Both the position numbers and the translations under genes were made by a program. From positions 1-64,000 of the IMG/VR virus record IMGVR_UViG_3300044816_000098: DNA of 64,000 nucleotides; one strand, written 5' to 3'. This stretch comes from a virus. The first letter of the stretch is position 1. Every line of letters starts with the position of its first letter. The notes beneath the pieces were generated by a model. The model searched no databases and was not told where the DNA came from. It saw only the letters and a list, made by a program, of their open reading frames with translations. Shown here one piece after another: positions 40,100 through 51,256 of the stretch.

Positions 40100-43037
40100 A
40101 TGGCCCGCATTACCGCCGACTCGGTGATAGACGAGCAGCTCGATCGGATCTACGAAGAGATCATCTTCGTGATCGGCCTGCATTCCCCGGATGGGGAAGG
40201 GAGCTGCCGGACGTGTCTCGAAACGTCTCCCTGCTGGACGCTGGACGCCGTGGAGAGGGCGAAGGCGCAGTTCGTCCGTCAGGTGTTTGAGGAGGGCTCA
40301 TGTCGGATCTGACGAACCTGGAGCGGCGCGTCCTGGGGGCGATGAAGAGGGATCCGGACTCCGATCAACTGCCCATCTCCTTCCTGGCCCGGCTGGCCAG
40401 GAGAGCTGTCCGGGAGATGTGCACGGGGGAGGCGGTCAATCGGCGGAAGAAGATCCCGTTGATCCCCCTCCCTCCTCCCCCGGGGAACGCGAAGAGGCTG
40501 AGGGCGCTGGCCCGCCAGATCGAGGACTCGTTCGACACGATGCCCGAGGGGTGGCGGCGCTGGAGCGAATTGACCGACGAGGAACGTGCCGAACTGCGGC
40601 AGAAGAGCAAGAGGGGGAAGAAGTCATGAGCGACGACGGCGGTGCGCTCGGTGCATGGCGGCTCAAGGAGCTGGCCGGGCCTGAGGCGTGGCAGCAGATC
40701 ATTCTGGAGAGCCTGCCCGGCCTGACCCTGACTCTGGAGGGTCAGCAGAGGGTGACCTGTGCTGCGGCCCATCTGGATCCGGAGTACCACCCGGAAGGGC
40801 ACCTGGAGGACTACTCCCTCGAACTCAAGATCACGAGAGCCCAGGTGACCGACGGATGACCGCCAAGGACATCGAGCTTCCCGTGATCCCGTGCGACACC
40901 AAGCCGCAGGCGGGGAAGGGGTTCAGCTTCCTCCGGGAGTTCATGGAGAAGTACGACTACCAGGAGCTGTACAAGAAGCTCCAGGAACGGCGCGAGGAGG
41001 ACTGGACCAAGTGGGTCCAGCGCTTCGAGGAGGACCCGAGCTTCTTCAACGCTTGGCGCTACGTCGAGGGGCACCCTCTGTTCTGGCGCTTCGAGGCCCC
41101 GTCCAATGGTGACGCCTGGTTCCACGAGGAGTTCCTCGTCCACGACCAGGGGGTTGCCGAGGGGCTGGAGATCCAGGTCGTCCACGTCAACCCGGAGGAC
41201 GACAGGATCTCGGACGACGAGGCGAAGAACACCGCCGTCCGGATCTGGTACGAGGTGATGCCCTGCCTCCTGGGCCCGCAGAGCAAGCACCGCATCCACG
41301 CCTACGAGGCGGACGGCGGAGGGAAGACCTACGAGGCGGCCATAGTCATGGCCGCGCAGGAGATCCACCGGGTCTACGGCAACGACCGCCGGGTCCTGGA
41401 CGAGGAGTTCGGGGAGGACATGTTCTAGTGGTTGAGGGACTGCACACCTACGAGGACGGCTACGAAGAGGGCTCGTACGACGGGTACATGGAGGGCTGCA
41501 AGGACCAGGAGCAGTGCGTCCCGCCGTGGTTCCGCCGGTTCTTCTGGTGGGGCAAGGAGCAGTTGTCCTTCCCGAAGAAGCCCTTCTACATCGGGGGTAC
41601 CGACGAGTACTGCAACGCCACCTTCGGGATCCGGCTGATCAACGGGGTGCTGTTCGTCCGGTACGGGCGCAAGATCCACGACGAGATGAACATGAACTGC
41701 CCCGTTTGCGTAGCGGCCAGGGCTGAAGAAAAGGACACGACATGAGGGTAACGATCGACCCGGACGACTCCGAGGAACTGGCGGAGGACTTGGCCCGCTG
41801 GCGCCCGCACCAGATCGTGGAGCTGGTCGAGCAGATCGACAAGCACATGGGGGAGTGGGACCTCGTTCTCAAGCTCAAGGTGTGGGTCGAGACGGAGATG
41901 GTCGAGTACGTCGCGGAGCAGACCTCGTCCCACGCGGTCCTGGGCCTCTGCTTCCGCAATCCGATCTCCGGGGAGACGATCCACCAGGATCCACACAAGG
42001 AGTGCATCCTCCGGTGATGGGCTTCATGCTCGACTGGATCCGGGCCAGGAGGAAGCTGATCCAGCAGGACATGGAACAGCTTCCTCCGCCCCCTTTGTCG
42101 CCCCGGCTCGATGAGAACCATGACTGCTACAAGTCGCCGTTCCCCCGGGCAGTGGTCCTCGCCTCGCCCATGCTGCCGCTGGAACCGTGCCCGGCATGCG
42201 GCCACGCGATCCTGGCCCACACCTACACGGAGCCGTGCGCCCTGTGCACGCTGTTCATGCAGGGGCGCGTGTGGAACTCCCTGATCAAGAACCTGATGAA
42301 GAAGAATCGAGGACCCGCCTGATGCCATCTCAGAACATCGTTTTCCGGACCACCGGCCTCCTGCTGAAGAGGATCTCCATCCGGGACCCGAAGGGCGTCA
42401 AGATGCCCGGGGCCACGGCCCGGCGTGACCTGGAGCGCTGGTACAGCGCGCTGGAGATCGCCCTGTCCAAGGTCAAGCTCGACCCGGCCGAGGCCGTCTT
42501 CCTCATCAAGGTCGTCGGGACGGAGCCGGAACACAACGATCACTTCGTGGAGTTCCTGGGCGCGGCGATTCAGGACTCCGACGAGGAGGGCTTCGAGCAC
42601 GTCCGGGCCCGGCTCATCCACAAGGTCTCGCAGTGGGACTTCATCACCCTGTGGGCCGTGGTGGACGCCTGCGAGCGGTACGTGGTCTACCAGGCCCGCA
42701 ACGCGGGGGACCCCAAGGTCACCCTGGGGATGGCCCTACACCAGGTGGGCCTGCACAGCTACATGGTGACCCCCGAGGAGCTGGCGGCCCTGGAGGCCGC
42801 TGAGGCTGCTCCGCCGGTCGAGCTGGAGGTTCCGGTCGCATGATGTCCGACGAGGAGGCCGAGGCTCTCCTGAGAGGCGACGAGCACGACGGCCCGAGAG
42901 TCGCCACCTTCGTCGCGGAGTACCAGAGCGACTGCTTCGAGTGCGGGGGCATGGTCGTGCCCGGTGACCTGGCCGGATACGTGAACGACGATACCGAGGC
43001 GACCTGTCCCGAGTGCCTGGACAAACTGACCCGATGA
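40100..43037 (+). CDS. cluster of translationally coupled small hypothetical genes (40100-40312, 40300-40629, 40626-40859, 40856-41428, 41428-41745, 41742-42017, 42017-42322, 42322-42843, 42840-43037)
   Basis: Consecutive stop/start overlaps and GC3 bias; no recognisable motifs. Confidence 0.6.
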
Positions 43038-43108
43038 AGGGGCTTGTACTCCTGCAATCGCAGGAGTAGAGTTCCACTCATCAGCACAACGACTCCCCGG
43101 AGGCTCAC

Positions 43109-44035
43109 ATGGAAACCACCTCGCGACCCATCGCCCACGCATCGGCCGTCTCCGGCATCCTGAACCGCGCCGGGTTCCGCAAGTGCATCGACGTCGTTGG
43201 CTTCGAGACCATCCAGATCGCTCACGTCACCCAGGTCTGGTACACCCCGGCTCGCACCGAGGTTATGAGCGACGTGCTCGACCAGATGGACGAGGTGCTC
43301 AAGGAGAAGGGCTACACCGTCCGGAAGACCACCTCGGAGACTTCGGGCAGCCTGATGCTGGAGGTCACCAAGGGCGAGGACACCCTGGCAACTGAGGAGC
43401 CGGTCAAGGTGACCGTCCGGGAGGTCCGTCAGGTCCTTCTCCAGACCTGTTACGAGGTCACCACTGGCACCTCCGGCTTCAACGTCCAGACGTTCTGGTC
43501 CGACAAGAGCCTCATCCGGGTTTCCTTCGAGCTGAAGCCGTGGACCACCTTCGAGGACGGTCCCGGGGCCGAGCGCAAGCACATCGAGTGCACTCTGGCC
43601 ATGTACGAGATCAACCTGAACGCTGCCGGATACGCCACCGAGCGACTCCGGGACTCGGAGGGCGGTCTCGTTGACGCCATCCTGGTCGGCCCTCCCGGGA
43701 CGGAGTTCTACACCGACGGACAGCGCAGCACCTGGGCTGTCATCAAGGAGGAGCGCGAGCACATGCAGCAGCAGACCCAGGAGGCCCAGACGCTGACGCT
43801 GGTCCGTGAGGCGATCGAGAACGACGACCTGGCCTACTCCACCCGCAAGGCGGGACCGTGGTCGATCTTCGTTCTCTACCTGGTGCCCTTCAAGAACAAG
43901 GTCCGGCGGGCGGAGGTCTCCTTCGACTTCGAACTCGGCGGCTACGTCGTCATCGGCCGTCTGGGATTCAGGTACGACCGGACGTTCGACCTCCAGAAGG
44001 TCCTGGAGCACCTGCGGGACGAGCTGAAGGACTGA
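43109..44035 (+). CDS. hypothetical protein
   Basis: Promoter 43044 and RBS motif. Confidence 0.75.
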   Translation: METTSRPIAHASAVSGILNRAGFRKCIDVVGFETIQIAHVTQVWYTPARTEVMSDVLDQMDEVLKEKGYTVRKTTSETSGSLMLEVTKGEDTLATEEPVKVTVREVRQVLLQTCYEVTTGTSGFNVQTFWSDKSLIRVSFELKPWTTFEDGPGAERKHIECTLAMYEINLNAAGYATERLRDSEGGLVDAILVGPPGTEFYTDGQRSTWAVIKEEREHMQQQTQEAQTLTLVREAIENDDLAYSTRKAGPWSIFVLYLVPFKNKVRRAEVSFDFELGGYVVIGRLGFRYDRTFDLQKVLEHLRDELKD

Positions 44036-44099
44036 CACCCTTCCTGTGAGGGCGGTGGGGACTTCCCACCGCCCTCGGTCCTGCCCTCCGGAGGTTGCC

Positions 44100-44829
44100 A
44101 TGCACGCCGTGTACGAGATCCACAAGGTCGTCAACGAAGCGACCCATCAGCACGAGCCCATGCTGATCAGCCGGGACGCGGGGGAGACCTACGAGCCCAT
44201 GACGCTGTCCGGCAAGCAGGTCGACGAACTCTTCCGGATCGCCATCGCGAAGGAAGCCCGTCCCTGCGTCCGCTATGACGACGGTCGGGTCCAGACCGGC
44301 CACTACGTATTCGTCCCGCAGGAGACCAAGAAGGAGTAACCCCCATGACTACGAGGCTCAAGGACGACGAGAAGACCCTCTGGATGGCCTACGCGGACGG
44401 CGAGGTCCTCGGATGCGGTGAGAAGTCGGAGACGGTCGTACAGGCCCTGTTCCTGGCTTACCAGAAGGACCTGGGGCTGGATGACGCCCAGCGCGAGGAC
44501 CTGTTCCTGGATCTCAAGCTCGGAGACTGGTTCGTCGTCGACCCGGTCTTCTGCTCCAGCTACCGCCAGCGCGCCTACTTCGTCAGGAAGGTACCGAAAC
44601 TATGAGCGAGCAAGTGGGTTACCGCAAGATCGCGCCGCGTGACCTCGAAATCGGGGACATGATCTGGGTGAACGGCCGCCTGGAGATGATCGGGGGACTC
44701 GGCAGCTACGGCCCCGCTCCCGACCGGCCGTGGGACTGCCCCATCCGGCCGGACTGGCGGGCCTACAACATCCACACCCAGTCCGGGGATGTGTGGTGGG
44801 GAGAGCCGGTGTTCCCGGGTAAGAAGTAG
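44100..44829 (+). CDS. three small hypothetical genes (44100-44339, 44345-44605, 44602-44829)
   Basis: RBSs and overlaps. Confidence 0.6.
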
Positions 44830-44899
44830 GGGTTGTACTCCCGTAATCCTTGTAGTACCGTCCAACAGGCCAGAGAGACACGACTCCCAGGAGGTCACC

Positions 44900-45559
44900 A
44901 TGACGGACTCCGAACTGCCGGAACCCCACAAGGGCGCTGTCGCCAAGCGTTTCCGCGTCCAGCTCAAGAAGGCATTCCCGAAGACGACCTTCATGGTCAC
45001 GTCCAACCGGCACCGCTGGTCCTCGGAGATCCGGGTCCTGTGGATCGGCGGCCCCTCCCAGGAGGAGGTCCAGGCCGAATTGGGAACCGACTACGCGGGC
45101 CTGGTACTGGACCACAAGTCCTTGAGTTCCGTTGAGGAGCTGGAGGTTCACCCTCCGGACGAGATCTTCGTTCCGAAGCAGCGGTCCTCCAAGGGGCGCC
45201 TGATGCGGGACAACACCTTCGTCCTGGGGATGTACCCCGGAGAGAAGCCCCTCCTCCAGATCCGTCAGTCCAGCCCCTTCGAGGCTCTCCTGAGGGTTGT
45301 CCCCGACGACGAACACGAGGACGAGGAGGACCTCTCCCCGCGCATGGTGACCTCGCTCAGCCCCTCGGGCAGCAAGTTGCAGATCTACTCGGTCGCCGCC
45401 CTGGTCATGGCCGACAACAACGGCTTCAACGCCGGTGAGATCGTGTGGATCGGCCGGACCATCGCCACCGTGCTGGAGCAGACGGACCGCGTGCTGGCCT
45501 CCCGGGGTGACGGTCTGCCCCTGCTGCCGGTCACCTCGGCGTTGCTCAGTCTCTTCTGA
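44900..45559 (+). CDS. hypothetical protein with LPD29-like N-terminal domain
   Basis: AKRFRVQLKKAFPKTTFMVTS...IRVLWIGGP pattern; promoter and RBS motif. Confidence 0.55.
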   Translation: MTDSELPEPHKGAVAKRFRVQLKKAFPKTTFMVTSNRHRWSSEIRVLWIGGPSQEEVQAELGTDYAGLVLDHKSLSSVEELEVHPPDEIFVPKQRSSKGRLMRDNTFVLGMYPGEKPLLQIRQSSPFEALLRVVPDDEHEDEEDLSPRMVTSLSPSGSKLQIYSVAALVMADNNGFNAGEIVWIGRTIATVLEQTDRVLASRGDGLPLLPVTSALLSLF

Positions 45560-45653
45560 GATTTAAAAATCCTGCCAGAGGGCTTGCTACTACAAGGATG
45601 CCAGGAGTAATGTCTTCCTTGTCAGCAGCACCCGACTCCTTCAGGAGATGCAC

Positions 45654-46553
45654 ATGACCACTCAGCTCACCGGCTTCCAGAAGAACTTCATGGGAGATGT
45701 CGTCAGGGAGCACGCGGTTGCTACCGACCACAGCCCCTACTGCTGCGAGACGGCTCGCCGGTATGAGGAGCAGCTCGCCGACTGCACCCTGAAGCCCGAC
45801 GTGAAGGGTGCGGGAAACGCTGAGTGGAAGCGCAACAACGGAGGAGGCACCGGCCGAGCGACTGCTATGAAGGGCTCTCCCGCCAGTGACGCCCAGGTCA
45901 ACTACGTCAAGGGCCTGATGCTGGAGCGCGACTACTCCGCACTGGAGGGCAAGACCTGGAACGCGATGCTGGCCAACGGGATGTCCGTCCGGGAGGCGTC
46001 CACCATCATCCAGAAGCTGAAGGAGCGCAGCCGCCGCAACGACATCGTGTCCTCAGACGGCATCGTCGGCCGCCCGGCCAGCGACAAGCAGGTCTCGTTC
46101 ATCCTGAGCCTGGCCGACCAGAAGGACTGGTCGCAGGAAGCCCCTGAGGCCACCGCCATCCAGGCTGCGATCGACGACCGCGAGATCGGCATCAAGGACG
46201 CCTCGGCCGCCATCAACTACCTGATCGGCTGCCCCAAGCTCGTCGCCTCGGTCACCGCGAAGGAGACCGGGACCGAGGGGATCTACTTCTTCGAGGGCGA
46301 GTACTACAAGGTCCAGCGTGCGGTGCACGGCTCGGGTCGCCTCTACTCGAAGAAGTTCGACCGCGAAGAGGAGAGCTGGAGCCGGGGCGGTTCGCTCGGC
46401 AAGCTCACCCCCGAGTTCCTGGTCACCCAGGAGCAGGCCAAGCAGTTCGGTGACCTCTACGGGCAGTGCATCCGGTGTCACGCCACGCTGACCGACGAAG
46501 AGAGCATCGAGAGGGGAGTCGGACCCATCTGCTTCTCCAAGATGGGCTTCTGA
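45654..46553 (+). CDS. DUF6011-like Zn-finger protein
   Basis: C-terminal GQCIRCHATLTDEESIERGVGPIC; two internal PASDxQV repeats. Confidence 0.7.
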   Translation: MTTQLTGFQKNFMGDVVREHAVATDHSPYCCETARRYEEQLADCTLKPDVKGAGNAEWKRNNGGGTGRATAMKGSPASDAQVNYVKGLMLERDYSALEGKTWNAMLANGMSVREASTIIQKLKERSRRNDIVSSDGIVGRPASDKQVSFILSLADQKDWSQEAPEATAIQAAIDDREIGIKDASAAINYLIGCPKLVASVTAKETGTEGIYFFEGEYYKVQRAVHGSGRLYSKKFDREEESWSRGGSLGKLTPEFLVTQEQAKQFGDLYGQCIRCHATLTDEESIERGVGPICFSKMGF

Positions 46554-46615
46554 TCCGCCTGGGGCCGGGTGTCCGCCCGGCCCCTCCCGCCAGAGACACA
46601 AGAAGGAGCACCACC

Positions 46616-46804
46616 ATGAACCAGACCCTCAAGCAGCCCGAGACCCCCACCGAGTGGGCCGGTGCCGCGCTGCTGTGCCTGGGCGTTCTGTGCGCCCTGT
46701 CCGTCGCCTGGACCCTCGGGTTCTCAGGCTTCGTCGAGATCTTCGTGGCCATCATGGCCCTGTTCTTCGGCGCCCGGATGTACTTCGGTTCGGCCAAGAG
46801 CTGA
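46616..46804 (+). CDS. small membrane protein
   Basis: AAGGAG RBS, 2 TM segments. Confidence 0.6.
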   Translation: MNQTLKQPETPTEWAGAALLCLGVLCALSVAWTLGFSGFVEIFVAIMALFFGARMYFGSAKS

Positions 46805-46842
46805 CCTACCCGCCAGACGACCCGACTCCCTAGGAGGCAGCC

Positions 46843-47559
46843 ATGCCCACTCAGCACAAGCGCAAGAACATCACTCCCAGCTCGGTCAGCCGTCAGCTCC
46901 GGGCCCACGCCGGTCACGAGCCCTACGTCCACAACGCGAACCACGGCGGGTTCGAGATCCGCGAGAAGAGCAAGGACCCGGCGGTCCTGACGATCACCTA
47001 CCGAGGTGTGGAGCGGGACCACCTGGCCCGCGAGGATCGGATCAAGGCGTTCCGCGAGGAGATGCGGCGCCTGCGGATGAGCCTGACCGACATCCTGGGT
47101 CTGGAGGTGTGCTGGGGCATGGACTCCACGGGGGAGGTCGACACCTCGCACCTGCTGATCTCCATGGACCCCATCGAGCGCCCTGGGGGCCACGAGAAGG
47201 TCCCGACCGTCGCGGAGGTCACCCAGGTCTCCACGGAGGTCGGGAAGGCTCCTGTGGCCCCTCCGGAGGGCATCCTGACCACCTTCGTCGAGGACGTCTT
47301 CCGGGGGAAGGAGCCCTATGACGAGGAGCGGCCCGAGGGCGGCAGTTTCCGGGACCTGTTCATCGGCCCGATGGAGATCCTCGGCACCAACAAGGCCATC
47401 GCCTTCGCGCACGCCATCTCGACCGATGACGGCAAGGCCGAGTCCCTGGAACGGGCCCTGCACCACAAGGTCCTGCTGGCCATCGCGGCCGGTGCCGAGG
47501 ACCCGGCCCACCTGGCCATGCTGGCGCTGGAGACACAGCACCTGCCGCTGGCGCGCTGA
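46843..47559 (+). CDS. hypothetical protein
   Basis: GACTCCCTAGGAGG RBS motif. Confidence 0.7.
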   Translation: MPTQHKRKNITPSSVSRQLRAHAGHEPYVHNANHGGFEIREKSKDPAVLTITYRGVERDHLAREDRIKAFREEMRRLRMSLTDILGLEVCWGMDSTGEVDTSHLLISMDPIERPGGHEKVPTVAEVTQVSTEVGKAPVAPPEGILTTFVEDVFRGKEPYDEERPEGGSFRDLFIGPMEILGTNKAIAFAHAISTDDGKAESLERALHHKVLLAIAAGAEDPAHLAMLALETQHLPLAR

Positions 47560-47648
47560 GCACTGCGCTTGCCCGGAGTCCTTGGGGTTGTACTCCAAGG
47601 ATTGCGGGAGTAGCGTGAGCACTCGACACAGACTCCCAGGAGGTGCCT

Positions 47649-48617
47649 ATGGGCACGTACGAGCAGTTCATGGAAGACCGGGCGAAGGGCACCCGGAGGG
47701 GAAGCGGGCTCTCCATGGAAGACCGCATGGATGCCGCGATGAACGTGGACGAGGCATTCACGGACGCTCGGGGGAGGATTCAGACCTTCGTGGACGCCTA
47801 CCTCGTCCAGCGCCACCAGGAGATCAAGCACCTGAACGACCCGGGTGCCGCCATTCCCGGCGGGGAGTTCTACCAGATCGTGCACGACAGCGTTCAGCGG
47901 CTGAAGAGCGCCGGAACGAGCGACGCCGACGCCAAGCACCTCCTGCTGGACGACCTGCGGATTCTGCTGGACATGGTGGGTGGCTCCCGATGAGCGACAC
48001 CGTGACCTGGACCCCGTTCGAGCTGGAATGCGGTACGGACATCCAGTGGAAGGAGGGGGAGGAGTCCTTCGGGGACTTCGTGATCCGCAAGAACGAGGTC
48101 TGTGCCCTCCGGCGGGACATGGCGGAGTCGCAGCGCCAGCACAACCGGGCGATGGAGACCCTGCCGTGGAGCGAGTACACCCACTTCGCCAGTACCGATG
48201 GCGACGAGGGGATGCTCTCCGAGCTGTACTGCATGCGGTGCGTCAAGGATCCGAAGATCTCCTCGGAGGGCAGCGTGGTCATCGAGACCTACCAGGAGGA
48301 CATGGACAAGGTCGTCGAGGCCATGCTCAAGCACGAGTACGAAAAGCACGGAGGGCGTCCCTGTGGCTGAGAGCGATCAGGACGAGCGCGAGGTCATGAT
48401 CCCCGATCTGAGCCGGTACGCCTTCGTGGTCCGTGAGCCCGATCCGTACAGCGCCACGACCCAGCGCTTCGTGGATATCACCTGTCGCCTGGAGCACCCG
48501 GAGCCTTGGATGAGGCTGGTGCGGAGCATCCCGGACATCTTCCGGCCGGACCACGACTACTCATTGCCCGAGGTCCTGGAGATGATCCAGAACCACCACG
48601 ACAGCTTCCACGCCTAG
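47649..48617 (+). CDS. three hypothetical genes (47649-47993, 47990-48370, 48363-48617)
   Basis: Promoter 47588, overlapping stops and starts. Confidence 0.6.
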
Positions 48618-48625
48618 GAGGCACC

Positions 48626-49084
48626 ATGGAGCGACCGGAGGCGGTCATCTACGACATGGACGGCACGCTGACGGATGTCTCCTCGATCCGCCACCTGGTG
48701 ACCGGCCCCGACCGCAACTTCCATGCCTTCCACCGCGAGTCGATCAACTGCCCGCCGCACCGCTGGGTGGTCCGCAGGGCCCACGCGGACAAGGCGGCGG
48801 GCCGGGCGATCATCATCATGACGGCCCGGCAGCAGAAGTACGGCCGGATCACCGGAGTGTGGCTGGCCCTGAACGACGTCCCCTCGGATGCCATGTACAT
48901 GCGCAAGGACAACGACTGCCGACCGGACTACGAGGTCAAGAAGGACCTGTTCACCGCAGCGTCCCGACGCTTCCGGATACGGGGTGCAGTGGATGACAAC
49001 CCGAACGTGTTGAACCTCTGGATCGAGTTGGGGCTTGAGGTCACCGTGGTGCCAGGATGGCCGAGGGGGGATACCGCGCAATGA
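48626..49084 (+). CDS. HAD-family phosphatase (polynucleotide kinase 3'-phosphatase-like)
   Basis: IYDMDGTL, MTAR, MR..D.RPD..VK, VDDNP. Confidence 0.88.
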   Translation: MERPEAVIYDMDGTLTDVSSIRHLVTGPDRNFHAFHRESINCPPHRWVVRRAHADKAAGRAIIIMTARQQKYGRITGVWLALNDVPSDAMYMRKDNDCRPDYEVKKDLFTAASRRFRIRGAVDDNPNVLNLWIELGLEVTVVPGWPRGDTAQ

Positions 49085-49192
49085 CTGCGTGGACGCAGGA
49101 AGGGCCTTCCCTGGGGAGGGCCCTTCCTGTTGTACTCCTGGGATCCTTGTAGTACTGTCAGAGACGTAATCCCGACTCCCCGGAGGTAGCCC

Positions 49193-49998
49193 ATGAAGAT
49201 GTACGTCGTCCAGGATGGTTCGAGGGCCCCGCAGCCCCGCTGGTCCATCGAGGAGGCTCGGCAGCTCGTGAAGAGCAATCACCACGGGCACGACCTCAAC
49301 TTCGAGTGGGACCGCTACGGCGAGAAGTGGATCGCCTACGACTGGTCCGCGATGGTCGATGACGTGGCTCCGCAGGTCAACGAGGCGATCTACGAGGTGG
49401 AGGTGCCCGGTGAGGCACCGGCCCGGTCGAATGTCCTCCCCGACTGCGCTGCCGTCCGGATGGAGATGCGAATCACCACCCGTAATCGGGTGTCCTCCTT
49501 CGAACACATGGACACGTCCGATATCTGGAACGCGGTCGATCTGGGTAAGGGTTACCTCATCCAGCAGTTCGCTGCCCGCGCAGGGCGTTCCCTGGCCGAG
49601 CACTTGACCGAGGAGTCCACATGAAGACCGCCGTCAGCACCAATGTCCTGGCCGACCAGCTCAAGAAGAAGGGGATCACGTCCGGCCGCAGGCTCGCGGA
49701 GCACACCGATGCCGAGGCCGTGATCTACTTCCTCGCCAAGGACGAAGAGGGCAACAACAACCCTCGGGCCGAGCTGCACGACCTCCTGGACAAGTCCCCG
49801 TTGCGGGTCTACCGCCCGGATGAGGACGTCCGCACCCTGTCCGTCGCCCGCCAGCAGACGCTGGCGAAGGCGGTTGCTGACGCCACGGAGCTGTGGGGCC
49901 TGAGCGACTGGCGCAAGACCCCCTTCAGCAACTGCTGGTTGCCGGTCGAGGCGATCAACATCATGCGCCACGAACTCGGCGTAGACCTGCTGACGTAG
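49193..49998 (+). CDS. two hypothetical genes (49193-49624, 49621-49998)
   Basis: Promoter 49130 and RBS motif; ATGA overlap. Confidence 0.65.
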
Positions 49999-50070
49999 GG
50001 GGTTGTACTCCAGCAATTGCAGGAGTAACGTCTTCCTTGTCAGCAGCACGGCGACTCCCCGGAGGCCCAC

Positions 50071-50415
50071 ATGATCGAGTTCCAGAACAGCGAAGAGATT
50101 CGCTTGATGCTGGTCACCGAGATCCGGGAAGCGGCCTCCCGCCGTCACCTCGCTGGGATCAACTCCCTGGTCGCCTGGTTCGCCAACGGGGGCCAGGGGG
50201 ACCGGCCGGAGGTCAAGGGCATCGGCACCAAGCCCCTGGAGGCACTGGACGACGACCTGGAGTGGATCTACAGCCCGGAGCTGGCTGAGGGCTGGCGCCA
50301 GTGCAGTTACGAGCGCTCCTACGTCAAGAACCGCCGTGCCGCCCAGCGCAGCGCAGAGAACAACCACCGGGGCAATGGCCCCAAGGTCCTGAGGGACCTG
50401 CTCCCGAAGTTCTGA
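50071..50415 (+). CDS. hypothetical protein
   Basis: Promoter 50003 and RBS motif. Confidence 0.7.
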   Translation: MIEFQNSEEIRLMLVTEIREAASRRHLAGINSLVAWFANGGQGDRPEVKGIGTKPLEALDDDLEWIYSPELAEGWRQCSYERSYVKNRRAAQRSAENNHRGNGPKVLRDLLPKF

Positions 50416-50450
50416 TTCCTGCCCAAGATCGCCAAGTCCCTGGAGGACGC

Positions 50451-51224
50451 ATGTCATTTCTCAAGCGCGGCACCAAGCTCGACCTCTCCAAGACCGGCCC
50501 GACGGGCATCAGCCTGGAGAAGCGGATCGAGACCGCTCACAAGGTCATCCTGACCAAGGGTCTCGGCGAGCAGAAGGCCGCCGTCTACCTGGTCATCGAC
50601 CGCTCCGGCTCGATGGAGATGTCCCCGACCTTCTTCTACACCGACCACACCGTCCAGAACCTCGCGGAGCAGGTCCTCGGCCTGGCCGCGCAGTTCGACG
50701 ACGACGGCAAGGTCCCGGTGGTCTACTTCGACACCAAGGTCCAGAAGGCCGCTGAGATCGAGATCGGCCAGCACGCGGGTGTCATCGACAAGCACCACAA
50801 GAAGATGGGCCGTATGGGCGGCACCGACTACTCCGTGGCCATGGACTGGGTGGTGGACGACTACCGCAAGAACTACCCGGCGTACGACGTCCCGGCCTTC
50901 GTCATCTTCCAGACCGACGGCCAGACCTCGCGTCAGCAGCACGTGGAGAACACCCTGTGCCTGGCGGCGGAACTGCCGATCTTCTGGCAGTTCGTGGGCT
51001 TCGGTCCCGAGGGCGACGAGGACGGCTACGACGTCTTCGCGTTCCTGAAGTCGCTCAACTCGGGCCTGCCGGTACCGGCGCGGCGCAAGGTCGACAACGC
51101 TGGGTTCTTCGCCCTGGGCGCCAACCCCAAGGACATGGCGGACGAGACCCTGTACGGCAAGCTCATGGAGGAGTTCCCGTCCTACCTGAACGACGCGCGG
51201 ATCGCGGGCGTCCTCAAGGGCTGA
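50451..51224 (+). CDS. vWA domain protein (TerF-associated vWA type)
   Basis: MIDAS DRSGSM, GGTDY, FQTDG, PIFWQFVG, VDNAGFF. Confidence 0.85.
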   Translation: MSFLKRGTKLDLSKTGPTGISLEKRIETAHKVILTKGLGEQKAAVYLVIDRSGSMEMSPTFFYTDHTVQNLAEQVLGLAAQFDDDGKVPVVYFDTKVQKAAEIEIGQHAGVIDKHHKKMGRMGGTDYSVAMDWVVDDYRKNYPAYDVPAFVIFQTDGQTSRQQHVENTLCLAAELPIFWQFVGFGPEGDEDGYDVFAFLKSLNSGLPVPARRKVDNAGFFALGANPKDMADETLYGKLMEEFPSYLNDARIAGVLKG

Positions 51225-51256
51225 CAACAACACCACCCGACTCCCTGGAGGTCCTC